From the NCBI GenBank assembly GCA_964106645.2, contig OZ067038.1: a stretch of DNA of 64,000 nt. One strand, 5' to 3'. This document shows, in pieces, positions 49,805-63,004 of this stretch; positions within the stretch are counted from its first letter, which is position 1; each line of letters opens with the position of its first letter. Below the pieces are notes generated by a model that worked only from the letters and a program-made list of their open reading frames with translations, ran no database searches and had not been told where the DNA came from. This DNA is from Podarcis pityusensis (lineage: Eukaryota). The position numbers were made by a program, and so were the translations under genes.

Positions 49805-50046
49805 CAGTAGTACCTTGGGTTACATACGCTTCAGGTTACATACGCTTCAGGTTACAGACTCTGCTAACCCAGAAATAGTGCTTCAGGTTAAGAACTTTGC
49901 TTCAGGATAAAAACAGAAATCGTGCTCCAGCGGTGCGGCGGCACCAGAAGGCCCCATTAGCTAAAGTGGTGCTTCAGGTTAAGAACAGTTTCAGGTTAAG
50001 TACAGACCTCCGGAACGAATTAAGTACTTAACCTGAGGTACCACTG
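49805..50046 (+). mobile_element. Tc1/mariner (Tigger/pogo-like) MITE
   Basis: TA|CAGTAGTACCTTGGGTTA ... TAACCTGAGGTACCACTG|TA. Confidence 0.92.
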
Positions 50047-51205
50047 TAGTGGGTATGGCCACATGCGCTGCACAGATTGCTGAAGTGAGGAAAGACCTGA
50101 AGTAAGAAGAACAGAAGGCTGCAGTTATATGCATGAGATGATGATCCAATGAGAGCTTTATTCCTTTGAATGTAAAGGTCATAAAGAGAGTAACATGTGG
50201 GAGTCTGAGCAGCTAAAATGAAAAGCTGAGTTAATAAAAACTGCATCCAAGACAAAATAAAAAATGAAAGCTCTTCAACGTAATGTAGGCTTTTTCTCTC
50301 ACCCCCTCAGGTTCAATCCAATCATTTATTAAATGTTCCCATGGAAAAAGTTTGGTGTCCCCAAGATAGCTACATTCTCGCAGTTTCTGCACACCCTTCT
50401 GCAGTGTAAAGGAAAGGAACATTGCCAAATAAATCTACCTGTTTCTGACATCCCAGCATGAGACTTACAGGAATGTTTACTTCGATATTTTCTATGCTTA
50501 GTCCCCATATGACCGCACCACAGAGTGTGTGACAATCTTGCTCCATATGCTGACATGAGAAAATGTACTAGTGGGATTTTGTCACTCCTTACTTTGCTTT
50601 CCTTTCTAAGGTACTGTAATTGAGTAATGGATATTGCCTGGCTACCAGTTCAAAGTAAAGGAATAGAATGTTGTCCAGCCTCAGGAAAAAGAAAAGTGTG
50701 AATGCTACCCAGCGTTTTTAGAATGCTTCCCAGTTGTTGTTTTTTTTAAAAAAAGCCTTCTGTGAAAAAACCATTTTAGACTGGGTACTTAGCGGTAACT
50801 GGGTATTTAAAATGCAGACATACAAAAATGAATTATTGCAGAAATAAAGAGGAATCAATGTTTTATTTACTTGGGGTTTTAAATAGTTATTTTTATTATT
50901 ATCAACATAATCACTTCACCACACTCCTATATGGTAGGGCAATTAGTGGTCCGCAGACCTCAGGGTGTGTGAGATCATAAGCTACTCAAGAAGTTCAGAA
51001 TGGAGCAGAAATACAAACTGGAGCTCAGTTACGTCCTAGCCTAACATTTTGTCATTTAAATTGTCTCAGTTATATAGCCTGTTTAAATACTTGTGCTCAT
51101 AATTTTGTTGTTATTATTATGATTGCATTCTATTGATACATCAGGATAGTCAATGTGGGGCCCTCTAGATATGGTTGGACTACAAATCTAAACTGCCTCA
51201 GCCAA

Positions 51206-51407
51206 CAGTGGTGGCATAAAGGTTATAGCATTGGACAAGGACAGGGAAGACCAGGGTTCAAATCCTCACTCACTGGATGACCTTGGACCACTCATTGTCT
51301 GTTCGCCTAACCTACCACACAGGATTGTTGTAAAGATAATCACAAAAGCCACCTTGAGCTCCTTGTAGGAAGAATGGGCTATACACGTAATAATAAACAC
51401 AATAAAA
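51206..51407 (+). mobile_element. CORE-type tRNA SINE nested in a hAT MITE (about 51142-51445)
   Basis: B box GGTTCAAATCC, CORE CCTAACCTACCACACAGGATTGTTGT and tail GCCACCTTGAGCTCCTTG...AATAATAAA. The flanks are the two halves of the CCCTCTAGAT...GACTACAA / GAAGTTG...CAACAACATTGGA MITE. Confidence 0.75.
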
Positions 51408-51507
51408 TGATGAAGTTGCTGCCCAACAACATTGGAAGACTGTTACAACTTGTATGTTACATGCCAACTACAGGTGGTCATCACCACCATTTATATAATA
51501 AATGATT

Positions 51508-51657
51508 AAAAAGGTAAAAGGTAAAGGACCTCTGGATGATTAAGTCCAGTCAAAGGTGACTACTGTGGCACTCATCTCGCTTTTCAGGCCGAGGGAGCTG
51601 GCGTTTGTCCGCAGACAGCTTTCCAGGTCATGTGGCCAGCATGACTCAACTGCTTCA
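51508..51657 (-). mobile_element. 5'-truncated Sauria SINE
   Basis: (AAAGGT)n tail, then GGACCTCTGGATGATTAAGTCCAGTCAAAGGTGACTA...GGCCGAGGGAGCTGGCGTTTGTCC, closely matching 47150-47300. Confidence 0.9.
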
Positions 51658-52698
51658 TATACATATGAGGTAGTTGAACAAAATTTTGAATAGAAGTTTC
51701 AGGGAGATGGAGTTAGTCAGCCTTATGAACTCTTTACTCAGGGATTCAGTAGAGTTTGCCCTGATGAAAGGAGGCAAGAGAGCTGTTAATTTAAGTTTGT
51801 TGACTGGATCACTGCCCAAGGCTGCTACCCAGCACTTTTTGTTTTGTTTTCACTGCTCTATTTCTGGTCAATGGAACCCATCTAGGAATGAATGTCATGC
51901 CTTACAATCCTTTAGGTTTCCAACCATGACTATGGTTCTTCTACACTGAGTGTTGCTCAGTCTTCCTTAGCACTGTTGATGGGCTGACATTTAAAAAAAA
52001 CCAAAAGAAAAGAAGATAAAAGATATCAAGGCATATGAAAGAAGGGAAAACCCAACTACACACAACTACACAGACCACTGATCCAGACAGACTTGCAATT
52101 TGAAACAGCTATCTATTTGAAATCTCACTCTTCTAAAACAGATGCAGAGTGCTGGTTGTCTCTTAGCAGCCATTGTCAAAACTTAACATGAATGCTGAAT
52201 TTCACTTTTCTTATTATCAGAAAAATCTAATCAGGCAGATTAGATATAAATATGTGCAGTGAAACAATTTCAAGTTTCTGCCACATCAGTAACTTTGGCT
52301 CAGCATCTATAATTGTTTCTGTGCTGATATTATACACTGTTTAATATGAGGCGGGTGGTTTGGGGTTTGTTTTTGGTTTTTTGCTATGCACACGTTAAAT
52401 TACTTTGGGATTTTTTAAAGCATAAAACCACATGAAGTCTAATAAATCAGCCAGTCAATCAAATCAACACAGAACACAACAGCCCAACCTGTTGATGAAG
52501 AGGGGTTAACAAGGAGCACATTACACCACTGCCTGAGAGTGTCTGCACTGATTTCCTTCAACATGCTAAGTAGAACTTTGGGTACTGTTTTCAAGCTTTA
52601 ACACCCGAAATAGTTTAAGTTCCTATATTTAAGCCTTGGGCTCTTACCTGGTTCTATGTTGCATTGATAACAAGCTAGGGAAGAAATCCATCTAACTA

Positions 52699-52924
52699 CA
52701 GTGGTACCTCGGGTTAAGAACTTAATTCGTTCTGGAGGTCCATTCTTAACCTGAAACTGTTCTTAACTTGAGGTACCATTTTAGCTAATGGGGCCTCCCG
52801 CTGCTGCTGCGCCGCCGGAGCACGATTTCTGTTCTCATCCTGAAGCAAAGTTCTTAACCCAAGGTACTATTTCTGGGATAGCGGAGTCTGTAACCTGAAG
52901 TGTCTGTAACCTGAAGTACCACAG
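52699..52924 (-). mobile_element. Tc1/mariner (Tigger/pogo-like) MITE, opposite orientation
   Basis: TA|CAGTGGTACCTCGGGTTAAG ... GAAGTACCACAG|TA. The body is the reverse complement of 49805-50046. Confidence 0.92.
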
Positions 52925-53538
52925 TAATGTAAACTGTACCTATCCAAGTGGGACTTTAAAAGTTCTATCTTATCCTGTAAAGCAAGCCCACTTGTAAACC
53001 AAGCCCGCTTTCTTTTTCTAACTCACAGCTCTTAAAATTTCAGGATTGTGCTGCATTGCAATGCACCCTACAAAGCTGAAAGCTGACATCAGATCCAATG
53101 CTAGCAGGTACAGTGTCAGATAGGATGATAACATTTCATCCAGACTGAGAGAACTGCTTCGGCATGCCGGGGCGGGGGAACCACCGTAGCAAATAATCTC
53201 AGACTGCTTGGAGATTGACTAGATGACTGAATGCATTATCCAGCACTAGCTTCTAAAAGTCTGCTGCAGTGAGACAGCTTCACCTGATGAGAAATAATTA
53301 AAAGTCATTTTATTTTGCCTTTGTACTGATAGCTTTAAAGGCATAAGGGGTAAGGATGAGATGAAACACACCAACACTTTTGAGTTGTAGGCTACTTCCC
53401 CATCTCATTCATTCACAGATGCATTCACCCACACACAAAAACTACTGTTGGGTTTTCACCTTATATTTTAGCAGATTTAGTTGATTTTCGGCATCTTTTC
53501 ATGATTATTCTCTTCTGCACTAAGCAAAGTCTGTTCTG

Positions 53539-53568
53539 TCCTTCCTTCCTTCCTTCCTTCCTTCCTTC
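53539..53568. repeat. (TCCT)n microsatellite
   Basis: About 7 TCCT units. Confidence 0.9.
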
Positions 53569-55208
53569 TTTCTTTTTGTTTAGGCTTACAAGCACCTTAT
53601 AATTGCAGTCCAACTCAGGCAAAAGCCTAGAAATGTTCTTGTTAAGGTTTCCCCCTCACCCTGAAAGCAGCTAAATAAACAACAACAATTTAAAGAAGTT
53701 ACTTATTGCAACTTAATGCATATGATCCAGCAAAATCTCTGCTTTGCATGCATGCATACCTAATCTGGGTTTTCTTTTGTTTAGTTTCCAGTTCACCTCC
53801 ACCTGTTCATTTGGGAGAGGAGGGACAGCACTAAACCAAAGCAAAACCCACACAGGAATCTCACATGCACGTGGTTGTGGATGGCATTTTAAGTATTGAG
53901 GTCCTAAATGTGAACTGCACTGACATCACAGCACAGAAGACAGAAACTCAGTCCTTGACAGCTATCCCTACCATTAAGTCAGTTAAAAAAATAATATGGT
54001 TCTCACAGTCTGTTCTGCATATAACTAAAACATTCCTCTTCTCCCAGGCCTTTGGCTAATTAAACTGGGGGGGGGGGGTATTAATTTTGTTTTTACTACG
54101 ATATGTATTTTTGTTTTGTAAACCATCCTGTGATCCTCGGATGAAGGGTGGTATAGAAATAAGAAGAAGGATAGGAATAAGAATAAATTTTAGGTGTGTT
54201 GTTACACATTGCACTAGTTGTCTCACTGCAGACACCACAAACAGAAGTGTGAGACACTCATCTGCAGTCAATTCCATGCATAGTGTCAGCATTCATACTG
54301 CCAGCTCAACATGTGGCAGAGTGAGTAGCTAAGAAGAGTCTGCATGCATTAGCTGTGTGTATGGGGGGGGGGGGAGAGCCTTCAAGAAACAAATGTGGCA
54401 CAGGAGATCTGTGATGGGATTAACCAATTTTAATTTTTGCAATCAAACATGTTTAGGCAGCTCCAAATTTGTCTGGAGCAGTGAAACTGGAGGAGGAAGA
54501 GGGGAATTAGAGGCTTCCCTCAGAGCTAAAGCCAGTGTTTTTGATGGAGAATTGGATTTAGTTCATGAAAATGACATGGTGGTGGGGATGTTAAACATCC
54601 AGCACCACTGCTCCAATCAAATTCAGAGTCCCATAACTCTCTTGGGGGGGGGAATGGGGAGACCCTATACAATTTGGGACTTGAAGGATATCCTTCTTCA
54701 ATATAGACCTGCCTACATGCTAACAGTTAGCTGGGGGGCCCTCATGGTACTGCAGCCATCTCTGATGGGAGGGCCTTCTAGATGGTGGCACCCTGGCTAT
54801 GGAGCCTGTCTCTTCTGCAGTACAACTGATGCAAATTCTTATAAACTGTAACTGCCAGCAGAAGACATGCCTTTTCATTCAGGCATTTGATGAACATCAA
54901 TGTCCAAAACCTCTTGGTTTATTACTCCGTTAGTTTTCTGGCTATTCGTAAACTGATATATATTACTTTTTATTATATGTGCTTTTTTTGTATGCTTTTT
55001 ATGCACCTTGCTATGATATTGCAGCTGCAGTGAAGAGCAAATTTTTAAAAATGTTTCAAATAAATACATAAATAAACCAATCTCCCATGTCATGTGTGGA
55101 GTCACCCTCAGTCCTTAGCTTTGCCAAATGCATTCATCAAATTTTATACACTACTATATTAAGCAGTCTTAGGGAAAAGATGACACACAAGTAAGATTTC
55201 CTTAAAGG

Positions 55209-55275
55209 GTGTGCTGGCTGGGGCTGATGGGAGCTGTAGTCTTAACACATCTGGAGGGCACCTGGTTATTGACGA
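55209..55275. mobile_element. Half of a palindromic hAT MITE
   Basis: GCTGGCTGGGGCTGATGGGAGCTGTAGTC...ACATCTGGAGGGCACC resembles the right half of the 7993 family. Confidence 0.65.
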
Positions 55276-57761
55276 CTTACCGGTACTTAAAGAGGGTTGC
55301 AGGCCTTTGATTCCAAATCTTAGGCTTAACATCTGTTTCGGAAAAGTTGTGCACCTGCACCCCCCCCCCAAGGGGAAGGCTGGAAGAGAGGGTTTGGGAT
55401 GCGTCTATGCTGTCAGTTCTTACTATGGGGGGTGGGAAACTTCTGGCTGGTTTAATATGCATCATTTGTAAGTCCATTTTCTTAAAACACCCTCAGGATA
55501 TATTTTATAGCAGCCAAAAACAACTGGAGACTTTCAAAATCTGTTACAAATATACCAGATTGTTAGTAGCCTTATTGCTCTTACAGAATAAGAACTACAG
55601 TAGTGGTTCTTTAAGATGTATGTTCCTGGTATAAAAGATGTATAAAATATAATGCCTTTCCATTTTGTTCTCTGTGCTGGAGTTATGGGCTTGTTTTCCA
55701 TTATATTTGATTTCTATTCTATTTTACTGTGTTATTGTGGTCCCTTCCAACTCCACAATTCTATGATTTACTGATGTAAAAACCAGCCTATTGGTGAAGG
55801 GTGATATTCAAAGTCTTAAGCAAGGGAGCACTTTTTGTTGGACCGTCTAAGGTCCAATTCTTAATATTAAAAGAGCAAAGTGATTGCTGTTCTCCCAGTG
55901 ATCTGTCCCACTATGTGCAAATTTAGAAATCATGTGGTAAGAACCAAAACATTGGGACCTGCTCTTCAACTGGTGACTGGAGACACAGTGGCTCTTCCCA
56001 TGCAATCCTACCCACTCACCTACCCCAATTGTCTGCCTGCTTTATAGTGAAGCAGCGTGGAATAAGGCCATGGAAGATGGGAAATCACACTACTGCCATA
56101 ACATAAAAATTGTCCCTCATCTTTATAGTACTGGGAGCAAGCTTCTAAATTCCTCTTCAAGTGCTGTTATGTAAACATAATGGGGGAAATGTGTTTTAAA
56201 CAATTTGACTGGCGAAGAACGCTTATATCACTGATGGCCATACAGCTGTCAACGTTTCCACAAGTCAAGTCCAAAGTTTGTCTCGTCCCTCCACCAAATG
56301 CCTTGGATTTGTTTTTTCTCTAGAATTTAGCTACGAAGCATGCAGCAGCACATTGTTGAAGAGAAAGGTGCAACTCACATTCACAAGTCTTTCTGATCTT
56401 GGGCAGCTATGCAACAAACGTCCTTTGGTACTTGCAGTACCTATCCTACAGATTGGCAGCCTATAATGTAGTCTGCTGTCAGAATTTCACAGTAAATGAT
56501 CCAACAGACAGCTTCAGTCTTGCTTTCCTTATGCTCCATATTCCCAGCTATGTTTTCTGCTTGCTGTCTTGCAAGTCAAATTAGAGAATCTTAAGAACTC
56601 CCTCCACCACTACCATTGCTGGTAAGAGGCATGTGCATTCTAAAGCAATACAGCCTAGTGTACTGAAAATTGTCCTGCAGGGTGGGTTTCAGCAACTTGG
56701 AAAAAGAAAATGAAGAACAATTGTCAGCATGATTAAGAATAATGTGTTTATGAATTGTTTTCTGGAGAGTTTCACAATCTTTAAAATCCTCTGTAACAGA
56801 CCCTCCTTTTTGAAGAATTTGCAGGTCACATCCTCTCTCTTTACCAATGGCATCCATCCACAGATTACACAAGCCATGTCAGTGAAATGACTCTTGGTTC
56901 TGGAAAGTCTGCAGAATCAAGCAAACTTTCATAGTTCTGGCAGAACATTTAATGCGATAGTTGTTACAGTTCTGCTTCTAACCTAACAGGGGCAGACAGA
57001 AAGGTGTGAGCACCTAATTGGGAAGAACAAGCAAAAGGTAAATCTCCATTGCTTTTGTATGGTTAGATATTCTCCAAGTGACACCACTCACCTTAGGGGT
57101 ACAAAAAAAAAGTTAAACATGAGTGTAGTCTCAGATGAAATGAAAAGAAAACAATTTGGATTACTTCAACAGGTTTGCACACTGAAAGACACGCTGATAA
57201 TGACATCAAAACTCATGGCACCCTTTGTTCCAGCCTCTCAAGCCCTAGTTGCCCTCTCTAAAAACATACTGCTTAGTGTAATGAAATATCGATACCTATT
57301 AAAAACAAACTGAAGTGGTGTCGGGGGTTCAGAATCTCAAGAACAAGGGTCTTCCTGGACCATTTCTTTGAAGTTTTCAGAGACATCAAAAGAATGCACT
57401 CACTATCAACATCATTAGTGAGGCCAGAAGATGTTTTTAATACTCTAGCATGCACAGAAAATGCATCACAGAATCCCCAATAGGCTTTGTCCCATTTTTA
57501 TTCCTTTACAAGATTAAATACAAAATGCCTCAGTGTGATGATTCATAGGATTGGGTTATAATTTGTAAGTAGCTCTCTGGGCTAAATGCTTGCAGAGCAA
57601 ACTTGTAGTGAGCGCTAGTGGGTGAGCAGCCACCCAGGGTCTGAATCTCTCAGGGGAGGCCTGAACAACCCATCAAAGTGAACACAGGCTATCCATCATG
57701 TACTTTGCCCTGCCAGGCTCTTGATAACCACACTGTTTTCACAATCTGAATACTAGCTGCT

Positions 57762-57898
57762 GGAGAGCACAAGTGGGGACTGTGCTATTGTGCTTATGTC
57801 CTGCTTGTGGGTTTCCCATAGGCATCAGGTTGGCCGCTATGAGAACAGGATGCTGAACTGGGTCAGCCTTTGGTCTAATCCAACCTGTCTCTTCTTAA
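57762..57898 (+). mobile_element. CR1-type 3' end remnant
   Basis: TCCTGCTTGTGGGTTTCCCATAGGCATC.GGTTGGCC.CT.TGAGAACAGGATGCTG.ACT...CCTTTGGTCT.ATCCA...CTCTTCTTA. A decayed relative lies at about 16520-16625. Confidence 0.6.
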
Positions 57899-57904
57899 TT
57901 ATAC

Positions 57905-58130
57905 TAATAATACTTTGCATATGAAGCACTTTGTGCACTCATAAGAGCTATACAAACACATTATATCCTGTTTTAATCCTTACAAGAACCCTTTAAGGTA
58001 GGTCAGCCTTCTTACCCCCCCCATATTACATGGGCTGAGAGTGAGTGGCTTGATTAAGCCCACCTAGAGAGTTCATGGCAGAGTCTGGATTCAAACATGG
58101 TACTTCCTCTTTTCCAGCTCAGTCTCTTAG
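57905..58130 (-). mobile_element. CORE/MIR-like SINE
   Basis: AATCCTTACAAGAACCCTTTAAGGTAGG...GGCTGAGAG...CCACCTAG.GAGTTCATGGCAGAG...GGATTCAAAC. Confidence 0.65.
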
Positions 58131-61100
58131 CAAACAGTGTGAATAATATGTCCACACAAAAGGTGATCAGTGAGAATCTGGGCATGACCATGATGTCTCA
58201 AACTCAGTCACAGTGAATGACTAGTAGTGTAAGCAATGTAATGCAAAGCAGAGAGGTCTACTTAATACATTGCTTTAATGTGTTAAAGGGTCCTGGGGGG
58301 TGGGTTGATCAGAAAAATGGGGGTGAAAAAGGCTTCACAATCTATGTATGAGAAAGAGACCCTGTGGAAATTAAAGATTTCTTCTACTGGTTTTGCCCAG
58401 CACTGCCAGCTAATGCAACCAAACCAAGTAAGGAGCCACAATTCCAAAAACATCTTGAGCACCAAATCCTTGGAGGGCTCCAAGGTGGATTATGCATCAC
58501 TCACATTACATTAGCACCAGAACTGAATGAAAGAAGGATGAGAAGAGAATAAATCAGCTATAATCAATATCTTAGGTTTTAAATTTCCTATGCCTTACTT
58601 TCTCCTTGGATGAGGATGGAACACTTAAAAGTGGTGTGAGAATACTTTACAGACAAAGGGTCAAAGAGGAGGTCTGCTTAACCTTGCACTCGTATTTCCT
58701 TCCAAGTTCCTTTTATTAATCCTCCAAACAATCATTAGAAAATAAGCAGGCCCCTCACAATGAACTCTACACACAAGCATGCCCTTTAAAATCCAGAAGC
58801 ACACCTGAGCACAATCTTTCCCCAGAAGCCTGGAGCCTGGGACCATCTCAGGTCACCTTCAAGAACTGGCATGTTCAATTCGCACACCTGTGCAACATGA
58901 GGTTGGGGGTGGGGGAAGTAAAGTGCTCTTTCTAAGCTTAGCTTCTCACATTGCCTCTCACCAGGCTCTACAATTTTTCCTGCTAAGCTCCTGTCCTCAT
59001 CATTAGCAATCTAATTGGCTTCCTCTCTGAACCAGGCACACTTCCCTGAAATCTGATGCCACTATTCTCATTTACTAATGCTGCATTAAAGCAAATGTTC
59101 TGGGCTGGGTACATCTTAAGCACACACTTCATTCTAAAACACACACATATGAAGAGGTATAGCAATTTAGCCAATTAAATAATGATTATATTCTAATTTA
59201 TGATTAGATGTATTGAGATGTAAGAGGTCTCATACTCCTGCCCTCTTTTTCCTTGTCTTCCACTTCCTCTTTCACGTCAATCTATTCCTTGATTTAAATG
59301 GCATGTGATACTCTCAAAAGAGTATCTCACTGCTAACTTACATTTCCTTTTTTAAAAATGTAAATCCAGTGTAAGGTGACAAGCAACATTACAAGCACAT
59401 ATGAACCAACATCACAATGCCTAGCCAAACATTTTCAGCAACACACAGCTACATTTTTCATGTCATCTTTACATCGTGTTTGAAGAAGGTAAATTATTCC
59501 ATTAAACTTTATAATACTTAACACTGAATCCTAAGATATCAAGGTGGTAGAAAATTATATTCCCACTAATGGCAGCTCTTCAAAATGTATTGCCTTTATG
59601 TGGTGCAGTGAAGTAATAAAAAATGCATTACAATTTTAATAGGCACAAAAAGTAGGTCCTATTACATTTGCCTATATTATGTGAAAGAGCATTGATGGAT
59701 CTCAGGTCACTTCCAGATACTCTGTTTTCATTGAGCATTCATTTTGTTTCTAGGAATATCAGATAAAGTTGCATCAAGTAAGCATCATCCCACATTTTCC
59801 AGTACACTTTTTATATAGTTCAGTCCTACTCTTCATGTGTGGCAACTTTTTCTCTGAATCATGAGAGTTAATTGAAAGAGCAGGACTGATAGTGCAAATG
59901 CAGGCTATTGAGTAAAATATCCTGCCTTGAAGTGGACTAGAATTATTGTCTTTAGTTGCATTCCATCCTCTGTATATATTTTTTAAGCGCGCCACTGAGA
60001 GACATGCGCTGAGTGCAATGTAGATAGGCCACTTCAGGTCAATATGGAGATGTATGTATTTAGCCTGGCAAAAGCTCTACTATCAGTTGTCAGTATAGAC
60101 CAGCTATTGGTGTGTTTGGGTTTCTTAAAAAAGAAATGCCACAGAATAAGCAAAAAGGAAGAGGCGTTTAGAGCTGAGAGTAAGTGATTTCTGCAGAAAT
60201 CTTTTTTTGTCACATATCAGATAGAAGAGTAACAGTGATTGTTGGGTTTCAGAAGCATTGTATGGTCACAGGTATGGTCTTATTATATAAATAGCTCACT
60301 ATATAATATTTCTGCATTCCTCTCCTAAGGGGGTATGTTCTTTTGATAACTGGATGCACTCAGCTTAATAGTACATTGTCCGGAAACACTCAAGTAGCTG
60401 GAAGCCTGCCATCCTTCACACATCTTTCAGAACGTCTCTTGGCTGGCAGAAGGGAATAGCAGAGCTATGACAAGGCATACACTTTAAGCAGAGGCTTAAT
60501 ACTGACCACAACTGAATCTTGAATCTACATACATCACACATCAACTCAAAGTGGCATACAGATGCAACAGAGATACTAAAACAGAAACAATTGAAACCTT
60601 AAAAAAAAAATCTCTACAAATAAAAGACAGGTATAACTGACCTGAAAGAAGCCATAAATACTTTAAAGCCCTTCAAGTTAAGGGCCAAAAGCCCAGGTAA
60701 AAAGGAAAGTTTTTACATGGTGCCTAAAACTAGATTATGCCAGTTGAGCCTCCCATGTGGAGTGACGTAGTCCTTGATGCTAGGCATAGCCACTGACTTG
60801 GTTGAGATCTACCTGTGTATAACTTATTTCAAATTATCCAAGTCTAATTTGGTGAATGAAACCCTGGAAGGTAGTTGCCTGATATTCTTCAAACGAGCCT
60901 CACTTTCAGGCCATCATCAAGGCATTTCTTTTGGGTTTACTGCTGAGCATCATAAGAATCACTAATCACTTTCAAAGGTTTTACCCATGTTGTTTATAGC
61001 ACTTTGTATAATGCTGCAATTCTCTAAGAATCAGCCTAGACATTTCTCAATATCAATCACTAGAATGTACATTCCATTAATTAGAAGTTTAAGCCTTGTT

Positions 61101-62868
61101 ATCTGCAAGGAGCATAGAAATTCAGGGATTTTTGCAGCAGCACCTCTAACATCTTGCTGAATTTCTTTCTCCCCATCTCCATCACTCAGATGTGTCTGCA
61201 TATGGATACATGTACAAGCCAGTATAAGCTGTTGCTATGTCAACACTAACTACCCAGGAGAAGCAGGGAGGTACCAGTGGCAGCCTAAATTAGCAACATG
61301 CCCTCCTAAGCTACAGTGGAGTCATTTACTTCTGAGATGGCTGAAATAAAATAACAAACCTTTAATTAGCCGGGTGGAAATCTACAACCCTCTTTGCAAT
61401 AATTCGCAGCATCTGTGCTGTAAACCAAACATGGATAAGCACACCAAAAGAGTGAAGGAAATTCAAGGGAAAACTTTGCCTTTGGGAACATGGAGGAAGG
61501 CTAGAAAAGCATGCACATAAATAATGGGTCTTGCTAATTCAAAGGCAGCCTGTCTGGAATGGGATGTTCCACCCTCACCCAGCATAAAAATCTGAAGTGG
61601 TTCCACTCCATGTTTTACACAGCAATCATGTTTGCTGTAGGCAGACTGTTGTTACACTGGAGTTTCCAGAAGCAAATAAGCGTGAACAACAGAGACATGT
61701 CTTTAAACATCTGTGTACATATGTCTGAAAGCTGTGGTAAGACTGAGGCTTCCCAATGCTTGTACTCAGATGTCTCTGAGTACACGTGTCTATTGTTCAC
61801 ACTTTACATGTTTGCTATGGAAAACACCGGTATATTTGCAGCAGCAATAATTCTTGTGTAAAGCATGAAGCCATTCTCATATGGGATTATTGCATCTAAA
61901 CAGGATCTAGCCTCTCAAGCTGTGCAAACATTGCTAATGGGCAGGAAAAAATGGTGCCAAAACAAACAAATGAACAGAACAGCAATCAACTTGGGGAAAA
62001 CTTAACAGAGTGTATAGGCTGGTAAAATTAACATATGCTACAAGAACAACTGTACACAGTTCCTTGCACTCACACCTCACTGAAGGGTTATGCATTCCAG
62101 TTCCTGCTTAAGTCTCACAATAGGAAATAAAGAGCACTCTGTCTAATGTTGATGTATTCTTTCCCAACTCCTTTAATGTTTTCATATTTTTAAGAAAATC
62201 CGAGATTTACAAACTGTCACTTGTTATATAAATAGTAAATACAATTACTTTCATCTTTGGCACAAACTCTTGAATAACATTGCCTGCCAAGAACAAATAC
62301 TGCTTGTGGTCATAGATTTTCAAAATGGGAATCAAAAGGGGCACAGTGTGTTTTCGGAGACTTAGAAAAATTATGAGAATATCAATTGTCACTTACACTT
62401 TGTAAAGTTTATATCCCTCATGGCTGCATAAAAAAGAATGAAAAGGTGGTTGTGCTCTCAGGGGATGCTCTTAAGGCTTCAGTGCAACCTTCTTCAGCCT
62501 TTGGGGATTTAATGCAATATAATAATATGGGCTCCAAAATACATTTGCAGAGAAAGAACTGCTTCCATCAGCTGAAGCAGGAGAAGAAGGTAGAGGAGGC
62601 CCATCCCAGAAGACAGGATAAAAATAAGAGAGCCACACTGCAGTAGTGAGCAATCAGAAGGAGCTGTGAGTCACAAAGAGCGAGGGAATCAATATCCGCC
62701 TTAAAGGCAGTAAGCATAGAGATGTAGGGAGCCAGTTGGTTCTATTCAGAAAAGTTTGGGTGGAGTCAGTAATGAATTCCTTTGGTTCCATCCATTACAA
62801 GGTTCTGGAATGGATACTACAACACATAGTGGGCATGCACAGTGACTCCTAGTTCAAAACTGCTAGAC

Positions 62869-63004
62869 CAGGCATCCCCAAACTCGGCCCTCCAGATGTT
62901 TTAGGATTACAATTCCCATTATCCCTGACCACTGGTCCTGTTAGCTAGGGATGATAGGAGTTGTAGTCCCAAAACATCTGGAGGGCTGAGTTTGGGGATG
63001 CCTG
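62869..63004. mobile_element. Palindromic hAT MITE (136 bp)
   Basis: TIRs CAGGCATCCCCAAACTC / GAGTTTGGGGATGCCTG (17/17). Same family as 7993-8128. The flanks (TGCTAGAC / TCTTTGGG) do not form a TSD. Confidence 0.9.

Noticed and set aside
54357-54851. Longest ORF in the track (164 aa)
   Set aside because: Non-ATG start, G homopolymer runs, no recognisable domain, and its 3' part overlaps repeat-like sequence. Consistent with chance.
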